A DNA stretch of 64,000 nucleotides from Raillietiella orientalis (taxonomy: Eukaryota): assembly GCA_036172245.1 (NCBI GenBank), contig JAYWIR010000012.1, forward strand, positions 2,728,001 to 2,792,000, in the 5' to 3' direction. The translations under genes and the position numbers were made by a program. Positions 12,901 through 25,469 of the stretch are shown one piece after another. Below the pieces are notes generated by a model. It ran no database searches, was not told the DNA's origin, and was given only the letters and a program-made list of their open reading frames with translations. Position 1 is the first letter of the stretch. Each line of letters begins with the position of its first letter.

Positions 12901-14175
12901 GCTCCAATTTCGAAGACGCACCCTTGCGGCGAAGCTGCGGACGGTGCCATCCTTGGTGCGCGCCAACACGCCTCCTCACCAAGAGAGCTACCGGCTGCGA
13001 CGGACTGACATCGGTCCTCGTCGGCAGCCACCGCAGTGCGACCCTGTGCGGACGTCAGCTTAATCAGATGGTGGCCTTGGTGAAGGACAACGCATAGGTC
13101 TCCTGCCTCTCTGCGAGCTGCACTACCTGGATTCAGAGATCTGTTGGCTCGCAGGAGAAGACCTACAGCGCGCGAGAGACGGAGTTTGTCCGCAGAGTGG
13201 CAGGAACGCGCATTGTCGCTGCAGGAGATGCTTAGCAGCCCGCGCAAGATGCTGTAGGCTTCGTCCACTCCCCCTGTCCCAGTACTACCCTCTCTGAGGG
13301 AAGCGAGGGACGGCGACATCCCAGAAAGGTGAGAAGTGACGTGCTGCGTTGCGGCAAGAAGGGAACTTTCGGGTGCGTAGAGCCAACGGAAGCTGAGACG
13401 CCGAGTGTCCCACCCAGAGGATTTCTGCGCTGGGGAGAGCTGATCGCAGTCCCTCCTGAGGAAGTGAGGTGGTCCCCAGCGTGCTGGAGCAGTGACGCCC
13501 TCCTCCTCAGGTGGCGGGAGTTGGCACTGCTGGTCGTGCATCTGGGAACCCCATACAAAGAAAGTCTTCATCATCGGGCCCGAGGGCGTGAGTGCGCGGG
13601 GCGACAGCTATGGGGAGATGAAAACTCTCCCGAACCTGCTTCTCAACTGCGCTGCCCTCCGACCCCCTTGGGATTGCCTTGCAACGATCCTAGGAATCCC
13701 GGAGGGCAGCCCTAGGATACTTTGAAACTCCTCTTCGTGCGTGGTGCCTCACTGCCGCCAGCGCTTGCGTCCCTCGCCGTCCTCTGTGGTGCTTGAGGGA
13801 TGGTGATGTACTGAAACGCAGGAAGAAGAGGAACGCCTCCACTGGTCCGGAATCTCCTTGAGGACCACCAACGAAATGGCCCCATCTGGGCAACATCCGA
13901 AACAATCTCTACAGCATCCTGGACAGGATGCAGAGGAGGCCTGGCAGCGAACTGCGACCCTCTCCCTGATTTCGCGCCCCCACATCCTCCCCGAGAAAAA
14001 CATTCCTGCAGTTTTTTTTTTTTTCGGTCGTCCCTTCCTCCCTTTCGCTGTCGGAATGGACCTCGCCGCTTTGCATTCCGAAAACCTGGCAGGCTCAATG
14101 CGTTTTCTTTTTAGTTCGTGGTAGAACCACCTGACCTATCACAAAAATGTATTTTTTCTGATTCCATATAATAAA
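9950..14175 (+). mobile_element. Near full-length decayed Tx1/L1-clade LINE (ORF1 knuckle remnants, EN, RT, zf-RVT, 3' UTR)
   Basis: Motifs in LINE order: RRCGK..ARECP / GSAHHLY (~10250-10325); LLDDQG...SFHSSL...LGEPFT (11478-11670); GDLRNAGNWRPITVVKVDPKLL...EQTYAVPGR (11830-11980); RVDHERLL...RQGDSLSPLLF (12155-12340); KHLG (~12620); PHRDGGVDL (~12850); GEMKTLPNLLLNC..PW (13610-13670); T-rich 3' UTR with AATAAA at 14170-14175. Many stops and frameshifts. Confidence 0.9.
11450..12900 (+). pseudogene. Non-LTR reverse transcriptase domain (frameshifted), part of the LINE at 9950-14175
   Basis: NWRPI, QTYAVPGR, RVDH, RQGDSLSPLLF and KHLG motifs are split across frames (ORFs 11722..12069, 12243..12443, 12401..12805). 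The YADD position is degenerate (LPND). Confidence 0.88.
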
Positions 14176-14199
14176 TGCTACGACAAAAGCGGGTGAAAA

Positions 14200-17100
14200 G
14201 CCTGAGGGGTTCTTTCGTCATCGCAAACACCGGGGCAATGGACGAACCCTTTCTACCCCCCCGCTCAAACGGAACCCCAAGCCTGCCGCAACCCTAGTCT
14301 TCAGGTCGTCCCATCGGCAATGCGCATTTCCAGGAGACATGGTGATCCCCCTTTTGGAGGACCCTCCAGAGGTCACGGACAGCGGGGAGGAAAAGGGCGA
14401 TGATCAGGAAGGACGGTACGATCCGGTGCGGCCGTAGAGGGAGTCCGAAAGCGGAAAAGAAGGTGGGGGGGGGGGGGGCGAGCTGTCACTTCTGGACTCT
14501 TCTCTGACACGCCCGAAAGGTGCTCATCCGGAAGCAGGCAGATTTGATGACCAGGTCGGAGGCGGGCACGCGGGCTAGGAGTCGTCTGTCAGCACAGGCG
14601 CGCTGCTCCCCAAACTGGAGACCGCGTGAAGAAGCTGCATCTTCCCCCTGCCTGGCGTGGTTGAGCGAACAAACTCTCTGGAGGTCACCGCTAGTGATGG
14701 GCAACTCAATCTGGATTGGGGTCAGGATCAGAGGTTGGTAAGGGTGCATCTACAGGGGAGGAGGTGGGGAAAAGGAAGCTCCTAAAACAGCCTGCCCGAC
14801 CCCGGGCATCATCTGCTCGGATGCTGGGTACTCCTTAGGGGCAGCGCGGGCAACAGTTGTGAGGACGTCCTTCGAACACAAGAGGGAGGATGGCTCCCCC
14901 TAGCGTCCTCCCGGCGCGCAGAACAAATGGCGTTTGTGAGGGATGGGGGACCACACCAGGAAGGAAAGGGTCTCATTACCATGAGACCCTTAGGAGGAGG
15001 GGGAGAAGGGGACGGAGGAGCCGTCTGTGATCCTCCTTACTGCACCATTAAGCGAGGGGACCGATGCACGTCCGCCACCCAGCCGGGTCCCTCTACAGCC
15101 GGCTCTCTCGGTGCCGGGCTCGAGGAGGAGGCGAGGAAGAAGGAGAATCGCTGGGAATTTCTGGCAATGATCATCCGGCTCGCTTCCCAGGCCTCACCGA
15201 CTGCACTCGTCCCCTTCAGTGGCTGGCGAATGGCTCACCTCCGGCCCTTCCAACAGCCCTTGCTCCCCCCCTTTTCCACTCCGGTCCAGGATCTTCTAGA
15301 GTTCCGTCCTCGCCTGCTCCCTCCGCCTGGAAAGCTTCTCCTTCTAGAGAGGGTCCACACCTTGCGGTGGTTGCCCGGAAGCTTCCCTGCTCGTTTGGGG
15401 CTCCCTTCTTTCGGGTCACAGGGAGCTTTTCTAGCACCAACGCACCCTCGGGGACGGAGGCACTAGTCAAGGAAGCATCTTTCGCGCCCTCTTCAGAAGA
15501 GACCGTTCGAGTTGGGGGTCCCTTGGTCTTCCCGCAGCCCGCGGGTCCATTTCTTCTGAGAGATCGAAGAGCGCCTTGGAGAAAGGAGGCGTCAGAAGGG
15601 CTCAGGTCGCGCTGAAGGCCGTGACTAGGGGAAAGTAAGCCCCAGGGCTACTGTGGTTACGGGAGCCGGTTCCGCCTCCGGACCGCCATGGAGCTACAGA
15701 GCGTCTCCCGAGAAGAGCCGAGGAATCTCGCGGGGCGCTGCTGCCGGATCCGGAAGTGCGCCGTTCGTGACGTAGGAGGCCTAGTCTTTCTTCCGGGACC
15801 CGGAAAGGAAGAGCGGACTGCGATCCGTCAGCAGCTCTCGCCCCCCCTCTAACTTGTCCATGTGCCCCCAGCAGAGCAAAGGCGAGGCCAAGGAAAGGAG
15901 GACGTTGGGAAGGGAAGAGCCGGGTTCGAAGAGAAAGGGACAGCCTGGATGCGGAGGACCTCAAATCCTTCTGCAGTCGGAAGGGGGGGAGGAAGTGGAG
16001 ATGGGAGAGAGGATGCAGAAAGGGAAGACACCTTATATCACCCCAACTCCCAAGACCAACTGCTCTTTTGCTTCTGAAGGCGTCGTCGATCGGAAGACCA
16101 GCTCACGACCCTGACATGGCCTTGACCTTTCTCCGCCTCCCAGTCTCCCTTCTTTCTCTCATCCCGACCACCGCCAGCACATGCACCACTCCCAGTGGTC
16201 ACCTCTCCCCACCACCAATCTTCCGGGGACTGCGGAGGCCGTTGGCGGCGGAGGCACGAAGCGCGCGCGAGCAGGGCGGTGCCACCCCAGCGATGCAGCA
16301 GAGGGCAAATTTAGGCCCTTTTCGCGATCCTTCGTGCATATCTGTGCGGTGGGAAGGAGAGGAAGGATCACCAGACTCTCTTGGAGAGAGGAGGGGAGGC
16401 CGAAGAGGGGAAACCGATCGCTGCTGGGAAGATCCGGGAACGCAGACGACTCCAGAGGCAGGATCCAGCATCCTCCGGGTGCCAGTGAGGGAGCTGCTCT
16501 CCCTGAGGGGTTATGGCCAATCGAAAGAAGCAGGGGAGATCCTGCGTTATCCTCGAGGCAGCGAGGAATGGAAGGGAGTGGGAACGCTGCACATGCGGGT
16601 GGTTGGGGAAGGGCGGGTGAGTTCCATTGTGACCGAATAGCGAACGCGGAGCCCGAGGATTGGTTCGCCTTCGTAGGTGTTCCCTTGGGGCTTTGGGAGG
16701 GGTCACTTGCGGAGGTAGGCGAATGCGTCCGGCCTGCTGTTCATGCCCTGCTGCGACTGCTGCAAGTGTGATGGTGAGATACGGAAAAAAACCAAAACAT
16801 GCCGTTCCCGAGGGAGGAGGAAGGGAGGAACTGGAAGAAAAAGTTGTGCCTCAGCAGAAGAGCATGAAAGGGAGAGGAGACAAAAGGTCAAGAGCCCGCT
16901 CCTCTGCGTGGAGCTCTTCTGGAAGCTCAATGGGCCCAGGAACGAAGAGGTCCCGGGGAAAAGGAGGGAAGGGGATGAGGGATGGAGGCTGCAGAAGGTG
17001 ATGAGCTCTGGTTCAGTCCTCGAGAAGGAAGTCGCGGATGGAACTCTCGCGAGGGCACCACCGCCGCCGCATCCGGCATAGTGCGAGCCACTGGGAGGGG

Positions 17101-19000
17101 GGAACAGGATGGCTACCAAGGAACCCTTCTTGGACACAGAACTTTCCTTCAGGACAACTGAAAAAGCCACAGATAGTGGCGAAACAGAAGGAATGGGCTG
17201 AGGAGCACGCGCAGGCAGAAGGGCTGGAGGAGACTCTAACAAAGAGGGAAGGGAGCAAGTGGAAGAGAAGTGCGACCCTCCGCTGGAAGGATGGGTGAGT
17301 CTGCCTGAGAGTATCCGCCGACCTGCTACCCCTTCCTCCACCCACTCCCTTGCTGGCTGACCGAGCCGCAATGGCTGGCCTACGAAGGGGATGCCTCGCT
17401 TCGCCTGCCTCGTCGTTCACTTCCCGAGGGCCGAGTCGCTCCCGCACCGCCTTCTTTGGACCGAGAGTCCAGCGATGGAGGCCACAGGTGTACCCGTCGG
17501 ACCTGCAAAGAGGGTGTCGTGCGGGGCCACGTCATTTGCCAACCTTTTCCTTTCCCTCGTGCTTTCCCGCTTTCACTTTGAGAAAGCGGGAGGATGAAGA
17601 CGAAGGATCGAGACATCCACTCCACCCTCGTCCCGTGACTCCTGCTTTGAATCAGCTTCTTTCGTTTGTCCCTCATTTTGTACCTGTTCTGATTGTCTCA
17701 GAGAAGAAGAGTCTCCCAAGGCTGTGTGACCAGTTGAACTCTGCTGACCTCGACATCCCCTGCTTTTCCTTCTTGCTTTCCGAGTTCTCTCGCTCCAGGT
17801 TCCGAAGTGGAACAGTCGTTCCACTTCAGGCTTCCTTCCTCCCCTCTCCTCCATCCCTCCTCCACTCCTGTTCTTCCTGTCCTCCTCCTCCTTCCCTCTT
17901 CCTCCTCCTTCCTTCTTCCTCCTTCTCCATTCCTTCTCCCCTCCCATTCCTCCCTCCCTTCCTCCTCCCTTCTGACGGATGAATGCGAATTCCTGAATTT
18001 TTGCTTTTGGCCCGTGGGTTTCTTGCAGCTGCATGTGCGGAAGCCCCGAACAAACGGCGCCTGCTCTCCTCGTTTCCGTTTCTTCGCCCCCGAAACGGCT
18101 GGTTTCCAGAGACGACGGGGGAGTTGTGTGGGTTAGCAGGCTCGGCGAAAGAAGGAGGCAGGCAGTTCTGTCTCCTTCCTTACTTGAAGCTACGACATGG
18201 TTCAGCTGCCGTCCTGGCGTCCACTAGAAGGAGGATCGGTCTCTCCAGACAATGCAGGAAGGATCCAAGGATCCTTTCGAGGAGAGCCCACAGGAGGTCA
18301 CTTTCTCAGGACCGATGAAGGGCCACCAAGAAAGGCCCAGGAAAACCAGGAATGCACCGATACCTTTGGGGCTTCCGTCCGCAGTGGATCTTCCGGTCTC
18401 TGCCAGAAATTCATCTCTCCCCTGGCGACGTGTGTTCCCTGGAGAGCATCCGCACGCAAACCGGGAGTTGACGTCCTCCAGCTGGCACCAGACGGCCCTC
18501 TCCAGAAAGACGCGTTTCTCCTGTTCTTATTCCTGTACTCCATCTATTTTCCTCAAGGGGTGCCGTCAGCGGCGACTTCGAGTCCCTTCTTTCGCCCATC
18601 CGAACCTCCGGCCATAAAGACAAGGACCCCTCGCTCATTCCCGTGTCGTCGTCTCCCCTTCTTACGATCTTCCCTCCTTTTACAGGAACGGGAGCACGGA
18701 TTTCCGAGCCCATTTCCGTTCCCCTTCTCCGTAGGCAGATCAGGATAGCCAGAGGGACTCCTGAGGGGTCTGTATCTCGGAGCCACACGAGAGGAGGCAG
18801 AAGGGATCTCGAGGAGGAAGCATCTCCAGGAGTCTCGAACCTGGCTCACGAAGACGGATTCCTTCAAAGAGATCCAGCCATGCTGGATACGGGAAGCGAG
18901 GGTCTGGGGGAGGGAGGGCTGTAGGAGAGACAGCAGAAAATGCAGCTCACGAGATCCAGGTGGGGGATGGAACGACGTCACCGTGCCAGAGGGAAAAGGA
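14200..19000 (-). mobile_element. Decayed LINE 5' portion (ORF1 remnants + start of EN)
   Basis: Minus strand: ELPASFF (~18150), then RRLFGASAHAAARN (~18060-18020) with CX2CX4HX4C spacing but substituted cysteines. LQRVCSLNHARQG (ORF 14486..14749) resembles the EN start l.v.slNvrG. May be more than one element. Confidence 0.4.
17820..17972. repeat. Polypyrimidine/polypurine low-complexity tract (CCT/CTT-type)
   Basis: Almost pure C/T on the + strand: cctcctcctccttccctcttcctcctccttccttcttcc... Confidence 0.85.
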
Positions 19001-20089
19001 AACGGGATCGCTTCCAACTGACAGGGTAGGGGTCATTCGCGGAAAGAGAAGTCCCTCTCTCCCTCCTTCTCGTCTCCTTCTCTTCCTCTACCCTACTCCG
19101 ACCGAGCTCCTCCCGCGAATTCACCTTGGAGTTTTCTTCCTCCCATAATATCTCTCAGCAGCTTACTGGATGAATGCCCCCGGGCTGATTGCCCCAGAAG
19201 CTTCCCATCGGCTACTTATAGAGTATGAGGATCTTGGGAATCTGGGAGGATAGGGACAACTCGCCCGCCACGTCCGGAACCGCTGCGGAGGATTCGCGAC
19301 TTCCTCTTGCTGGCCAGGGGAGCCGGATGGTTTCGGCCATCCACTCCCCCATGTTCCAGAGCCAGAGGAGCTCCAGAACAGCAGTTTCGGGACACGGTCC
19401 GTCTCCGAATCCCACCCTGCATCACCCCCTGCCGTCGAAGAGGAGAGCCGTTTTCCGGGAAACGTCCTCAGCATCTTCCTGGGTCGCTCCTGCCGGGGTT
19501 TTCTCCCCTTCTTCGTCCTCCGTCCACCGGAGGTTTTCTGGGGGAGAACCACGAGGCGAGTCGCTTCGATCTCGCCGTGCACCTGGAAAAGAGAAGCAGC
19601 GAAAGATGGAGCAGCATCAGCGACGACGAAAGGTGGGAAGGAAGGGGGGGGGAGGAAAGGCCCGAGGAGAGGAAGGGGCTGCCGTGCCGCGAAGGGAACC
19701 GACGCGCATCTCGCGAGCGATGCCTCCTCGTCCCTCGAACGCCGTTCTTTATTTTCGCTCCGTTCGGCGATCTCAGGCAGCAGCTCCGGCGATAAATCCG
19801 TCCGGAGTCACGAGAGGTGGGGGAGGGAGGGGGAACTTCGCCACGCCGATCCCGGAGGCGGGAGCTGCCGCAGCACGGATCCCCTTGCGGGGACGCGCGG
19901 CTCTTCCTGATTTATCCGCCGCACGGGGAGAAGCTGCTCCTCACCCTCTCTCCTGCGACGGCGAGGCGCGGGATCGTCTCGGAACTTCGGCTGCGGAACT
20001 TCCAGTCTTCCTCCCTGACGCGGAGTCAGGGCGCGGTTCGGCTGCTGTGGAGAGCCCTCGGACTTCACCCTGTGTGGATGGGTGTGGAC

Positions 20090-20600
20090 GGGGTGCGAAC
20101 CGCAAAGTGGATGCGGTAGGTGGATGTGAAGCGCTAGATGCAGACAGGCTTGTCGGTCGCCAACACCGCGTACGCAGATATAAAATAGGCAGCAGATGTA
20201 CGTCGATAGGTGTGGATGTTGAGTTGACCACAAACAGGGACGAGTGACTTGGTGGATATAGATAGACAGATGGGAACAGACAGACGTGGACAGGTAAAGG
20301 TGCGCACACGGACGTGTGTGGATGAACTCAAACGCAAGTGGACAACAGATGAGCGCATGCACAACATGGACAGCCAGGTAGGAATTGATGCACCGGTGGA
20401 CCGACGTAGATGCGTGCGCACATATAGAGACAACAACAAATAGGCAGGGGCAGGCAGATGTACACAAACGAATAGACAGGTAGAGATGCATACACGGACG
20501 TACATAGATGCAGACAGATGAGTTGCATTCACAGCGAGATCTGAAGAGGTGGACGCAGTTGACAAGAGATGGAGCTGGCAAGTGCAAATACGCATAAATA
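20090..20600. repeat. Decayed (AGAT/AGAC/GGAT)-type microsatellite-like region
   Basis: Recurrent gatgcagacag, atagacag, gtggacag and acacggacgt motifs; A-rich relative to the flanks. Confidence 0.6.
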
Positions 20601-20604
20601 GATG

Positions 20605-21210
20605 GTGGTCTCTCGCATCGGCCACTAAGTGGCAGCGATCTCCGCGCACTCACTGAGCGTCGCGGGTTCGAATCCCGCCCGGGGAACGAATGGCGCCGAG
20701 GGATGGAAGGTGCGTATCGAGGTTTCCAGTCTCGCAGGATGACGCTGGTTGGCCCGTGGACTTCGAATGCAGCACCGGTGGAAGCTCGAAACCGGATACT
20801 CCCCACTGACTTTCCAGGATTGGAAGTTGACCTTCCAGGGTTCTTCCAAGAATCAAGGAACTCTTCGGGGTTCCCCTCCGGTTGTGAAAATGGAGCCGTT
20901 CTCTTCCTTGGAGGAGGAGCAGGGACTTACATCGCGTACCATGGATCTGCTTGATACCCCTATAGGGTGTAAGAAGCGCAGAGAAATTGAGAAGTATCCC
21001 TTTGGGGTTTTCTTCGGAAAAGAAATGAGGAGTGGCTGCTTCCGGGTGGTCCCTCCGGAGAGAATAAGGAAGACTTTCCCTTCCGGGTTCTCTTAGGAGA
21101 CAACCAGAGCGAGTTCTCTCCCAAGCGTAAGAGAAACGGATTCCTTCCTCTGGAGCTTTCCTGAATTTATGGGATAGTCCCTCCAGAGTTGCCCCTTAAC
21201 TTAAAGAGTT
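20605..21210 (+). mobile_element. tRNA-headed SINE-like element, copy A
   Basis: Pol III B-box GGTTCGAATCC at 20665-20675 in a T-arm context (gcgggttcgaatcccgc). The body shares blocks such as taccatgga.ctg.ttgatac and ggagctttcctg.att.at with the other copies. Confidence 0.8.
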
Positions 21211-21359
21211 TCGTGAGTCCCCCTAAGGAGGAGGTTCTTGAATACTTAACAAACCCTTCTCCCTCCCCCCTCAAAAAAAGCAGATGGACATTGGTGAACG
21301 CAGGTTGATGGACGCGGGCACTATGAATAGACAGGTACGAATGACTCTTGTATTTATCC

Positions 21360-22210
21360 GTGGACAAGGAGGAGGCTTCTGAGCTTCCGAAGAGTGAGGA
21401 GGAAGAGACAGATGGAAGAAGGCCTTCCGTGGTGCCAGCCAGAGGAGCCCGTACCGCGAACTTCTTGCCAGTCGAATTCTGGCTCTTCACCCACTGGGGA
21501 TTCCCGTGTAACGAGCGACGGCATCGAGTTACCGGGGGGGTTGTATCCCCGAGTTGTGCGAGGTGCGAGTTGGCAGAGTCGATCCGGCCGCACCTGTTTT
21601 TGGACTGTGGTGCGCTCCAGGAACTGTGGCGGAGGCTGGCAGCAGCACTCCTCTACCAGGACACCGTCGAGACGTGCTGCGGCGGTTTTTTTCTCCAGGA
21701 GGCGTCCCGATGGCTGTAGTTATTGCAGCCGTGGGTTGCTTCCGTGCAATCATTGAGGCCCGTCAGATGCTAAAAATCACCATGCAGAGAAGGGAAATCA
21801 CCAGGATGGCAGTCTCCTACATCAGGGAGGCTTCAAAGTGACCGCATCTGGAAGTGGAAGCGGGGAGATCATAGGCAACCACCGCCAGTTAATGGACGGC
21901 TTGGAACGGCAGACCCAGTGATCCTTATCCCCTCTGTCTCTCTATTATTATTTTTTCTTATCCCCCGTCCCCATTCGCTCTGTAACTTTCTTGGTGCTTT
22001 TTGTTTCTATCCCGGTGAATACGGAGAGAAAGCAAAGATCCCAGTCCCTTCCACCCACTTTGTTTGTTTTTGTTGTCCCCTTGTCCCTCTCCCGTTCCAG
22101 ACTTTCCGTTTTCCCGACCTGCGTGACGTTAGACCCTCCCTTTTGTTTCTTTCTGTCTTCTTGCGGCTGAAAACAGTTCCCAACTGGTTTATTCTTATAA
22201 AATAAAAAAC
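21360..22210 (+). mobile_element. 5'-truncated LINE 3' end (zf-RVT + 3' UTR)
   Basis: ORF 21348..21719 has WLFTHWGFPCNERR...SPSCARCELAESIRPHLFLDC..LQELW. It is followed by a T-rich UTR and AATAAAAA at 22201. Confidence 0.85.
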
Positions 22211-22214
22211 ACCC

Positions 22215-25200
22215 TGGCGTAACTGGATGAAAAAATTCTGGAGAGGAAGCAACTCGGAAGACGTGAGCTCACGAAAAACTCAAGGCACCACTCGCTTCAG
22301 GAGGATGCAATGGATCTCATAGACAAACACATCTCGATGCAATCCTCAGATAGAGAGAGAAGGTGCCGGAACCGGTAGCCACCCCAGAACCCTTCCATCA
22401 ACAGAGGGAAGGGAGGAAGATTTTTGGCAACTTCATCCCCTGGACTACTCAGACTCCAGCTCCGATGGAACGACGCAGCTCTTTTCACTTAGCTCGAAGT
22501 TTTCCCTGAGGGCACTTCCCATTACAATGATCTCTTTGACTGCATCCTTGCTGCGCCTGTTGTATGTAACCTTTTAGTCCGAACTAGCCAGGTCCTTTGG
22601 TCCTCGATTTGTCATGATCCAAAGAATATTCCTCTTGTTCTCGTTTCGTCTTTGCATGGAATACGCAATGCCTTCAGTCGGGGAACAAGTGGTTTCCGGG
22701 GAAACCTGTGTGTGGCGCGCAAGTATCAGATCCAAGTCAGAGCCGAAGGGGAGACCATCTCCTTCCTCTTCCTATCGACCGCCGATGAGTGTGCAGTCTT
22801 CCCTTCCCTTCCCTGCTCTCCAGTCAGTTGCTCCCTTTTCCGAAACAAGCCTTCAACCCCTATCCATCCCATGAATTCCTCTTCACCCTCTTGACGAGGG
22901 ACACGGAGGTCAATGACTGCTGCTCTGAAGGCGTGCGAACGTCTGTTTCCGCCTTGATTAGCCGGCGTCTTTCATCCTTTCTCCCTCCTTCTGGCCGAAG
23001 ACAGGAGCGATCCTGGAAATCTCTTTCCGTGGTTCAAGGTCGCTCGAAAAGGGGAAGGCCGCGTGAACGGAACGTGCCCTACCGTTCCCTGGCGGCCTGT
23101 CTCAGGTCTCGCTCACTGTCCGCTTGCCAGGAAGGAAGGAACCCGGACATGCCTGCGGCGGCGACAGCACCTGGTTCCAAGCAAGTCTCCGCTACTGCTC
23201 ACAGGAAACCCGGGCGAAACGACCGGATGCTAACCAAGGACAGCGGATCCCGCACGCACCGGAAGCTTCCTGCTGATGCGACCGCCGCGCTATTTATAGC
23301 TTCGTCTCCTTCCCTGCTTTCGGTGGAAACTCCAGAAACGACGCTCTCCATCATGCGCTAAGCAGCTCCGCAGCATCCTGAAGGCTGGATGGCGGTTCGA
23401 GAGACACGAAAAGCGCGCACGAGAGGAGCAGGTTCGCCGGGACGTGTCCAGTCTAGGAGTGCCTGGGAGGGCCACGGCGGCGTCAGGTGAGGAAAAACCT
23501 CCAGCTCCGCCGGAAAGGACCAGTCCGGAACTGCAGCGAATTCGGGGATCGGACGGAAACGAAAAAGCGGTCGGCAAGAAATTCATCCCCCGTTTCATCT
23601 CCTTCAGATTTCCCGGGAAGGCCCTACGAAAACCAACGCAGAGGTCCGCCAGCACGTGCTGGCGCAAGCCCCCTTCCGTTTGGAGCGCGCACTTCGCTCC
23701 CTTCCAGCGACAGGTGACGCGAGTTTCGCCTGCCAGAAGGCCCGTCTCTTCCCCTTGGATTCAAACACCCTCGCGGTGCTGAGACGAGCCCTCCCCAAAT
23801 ATCCGGGCCAAGCGAACTCCTCTAGGGAGCAGGAGGGATTCCACAGGAGGCTCGTGAAAGGAACCCCTTCCCCTCAATTCCCCAGCCAAGACCAGTAGGA
23901 GGAGACGTACTGACCTCTCGCTCTCTTGGTGGTTTGCTGTCCGGAGTGATTTCCGTATCGTCGATTCCTCTGACGTGCTGTTGGATGGGGAAAGAAGGCG
24001 ACAAAGAATGGAGAAATTGAAAGCTCAGAACAGGAGGCGCCGAAGACCCGCGCACACAACAGAGGAAAGGTGTGCCTAAGAAGAATCGAGGTGGACTTGC
24101 GATCGATTAACCGTGCCCAAGGGCTGCCCGCAAAGGAACCTTCGCCACACATGGCACTCCGCCCCGATCTCGCCGGAGAACTCGCTGCCACCATCACAAG
24201 GTGAAGACGGCCGCGGCTCCAGGGGCGAGTTCGCTCCCACGAGTCCTCTCCCCCCCCGTACACACGCACCGCCACGACCCTCCTCTTTCCTTCCTTCCTT
24301 CCTCCTCCTTTCCTACTCGCTCCAGCCTGCCGTGTCCTCCCGACGACGATGGAACGCCCTTAGGCAGCGACGGACGCGCGTCCTGGCGGGCCGGGTGCGG
24401 TCGTCGTGGACCCGACACTCGAGCGACACCCGTCTTCCCCGGCTGCCCCGTCCCTCTGCACTCGACGACCGACGCCTTCCGCGGGACCTGGCGAGCGGCG
24501 TGCAGGGACGTCTCTGGGACGCACGCGCGGATCCGCCAGAGCGAGGTCCAGGCTTCTCGCGAGTCGGCTGTCTCGCCCGTCTGGAGTCGAGGAGCAGGTC
24601 GAGGTCGTTTGGACCCCGAGGTCTCGGGCGATTTGCCCCGCGGAAGGAGACTGCGTTTAGCCCTTCCTTCCCGGCGAGTTCCCGCCTTCCCAGTGGCGAA
24701 TTCGGAGGGAACCAGCAGCCACCTGGTGGTTCGGCTCGTCTTTGAGTCCCAGCAAGACCGTCTCGATTCTGCTGCATCTATGAGTGGCTCACGTGTTCTT
24801 CCAGAGATCCCGCAACTGCCAGTTCTCCGCTGGGAGCTGCTCGGTCACGTGGATAATCACGGATGCAATTCGTGACTCGCTGAATGGGAGTGTGGAATGC
24901 CGTTCCGACGTCGCTCCCCCTCCCCCCTCCATGTTTCCTGAACAGAAGTGCGTTCGCAGCAAAGCGCCGCCTTTCGGATCTGGGTTCTATTTTTAGACCT
25001 CCATGCAACGAGAGGGACATCCTCTCTCGTGCGTTCTCTCGCCAGCTGGCCCGATCGGTTCGTCTTGAGCAAACGAAAAGCGGAGAGAGAGCTCCCTCGA
25101 GGCGCGCTCACGGCCGTCTCTCCATTCCCCTGGACGCGGAGCGCGAGGACGCCCTCCCGTCGCGCTGCGTAGTCCCTGAACGCGTTGCGGATTCCGGTTG

Positions 25201-25400
25201 TGACGCCGTTCCGTTGCTGTGCACAATACGAATCCGCAGCAACGAAACCGCGACTTAAGCAGGCAGCGTCTTTCTTCCGTTGCGACGGACTTTTGCTCAG
25301 GGGATGAACGCTCCGAGGAACACGCACGCACCCTGGAAGGACGTCCGGGCGATCCTAGAAGGACGCGAGAGCAAACTCTGAGGCTTGGAGGAAGAGAAAA
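22215..25400 (-). mobile_element. Decayed Tx1-like LINE (ORF1, ORF1/ORF2 junction, EN, start of RT); hosts repeat copy 1
   Basis: Minus strand in order: LSRGFV...NGVTTGIR...RSGQLARE (ORF 24857..25327; ORF1 GV.TG.R and a knuckle remnant); RVVAVRVYG..LHLVMV..STSILLR (EN start, ORF 23874..24275); LADL..FRRAFP..RLD (ORF 23290..23667); NGKCPQG (~22520); GYRFRHLLSL (ORF 22297..22488, NYRPISLL-like). Confidence 0.6.
24181..24734 (+). repeat. ~555 bp near-identical dispersed repeat, copy 1
   Basis: Matches 58152-58713 directly and 60353-60909 as reverse complement; contains (TTCC)4. Confidence 0.97.
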
Positions 25401-25469
25401 CCACCGGCGCGAGCGTGCGGCGGTGGAACACCGCGTCTTGGATTTACAAGATCCCCTCCAGGGATGTTG

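Noticed and set aside
20605..20690. Functional tRNA genes here and at ~31060-31120 and ~62640-62710
   Set aside because: Only the T-arm/B-box is well formed. There is no consistent acceptor or anticodon stem and no oligo-T terminator, and each runs into the same repeat body, so these are SINE heads.
19808..20806. Cys/His-rich 332 aa minus-strand ORF
   Set aside because: Translation of a decayed microsatellite plus a SINE head; no ordered metal-binding pattern.
24181..24734. The 555 bp repeat as a solo LTR, Penelope pLTR, MITE or ribozyme-bearing element
   Set aside because: No TG...CA ends, terminal inverted repeats, TSD or hammerhead core (CTGANGA...GAAA). The gcgaatt motif could not be fitted to an HDV-like double pseudoknot, and the ends fade into homologous LINE flanks.
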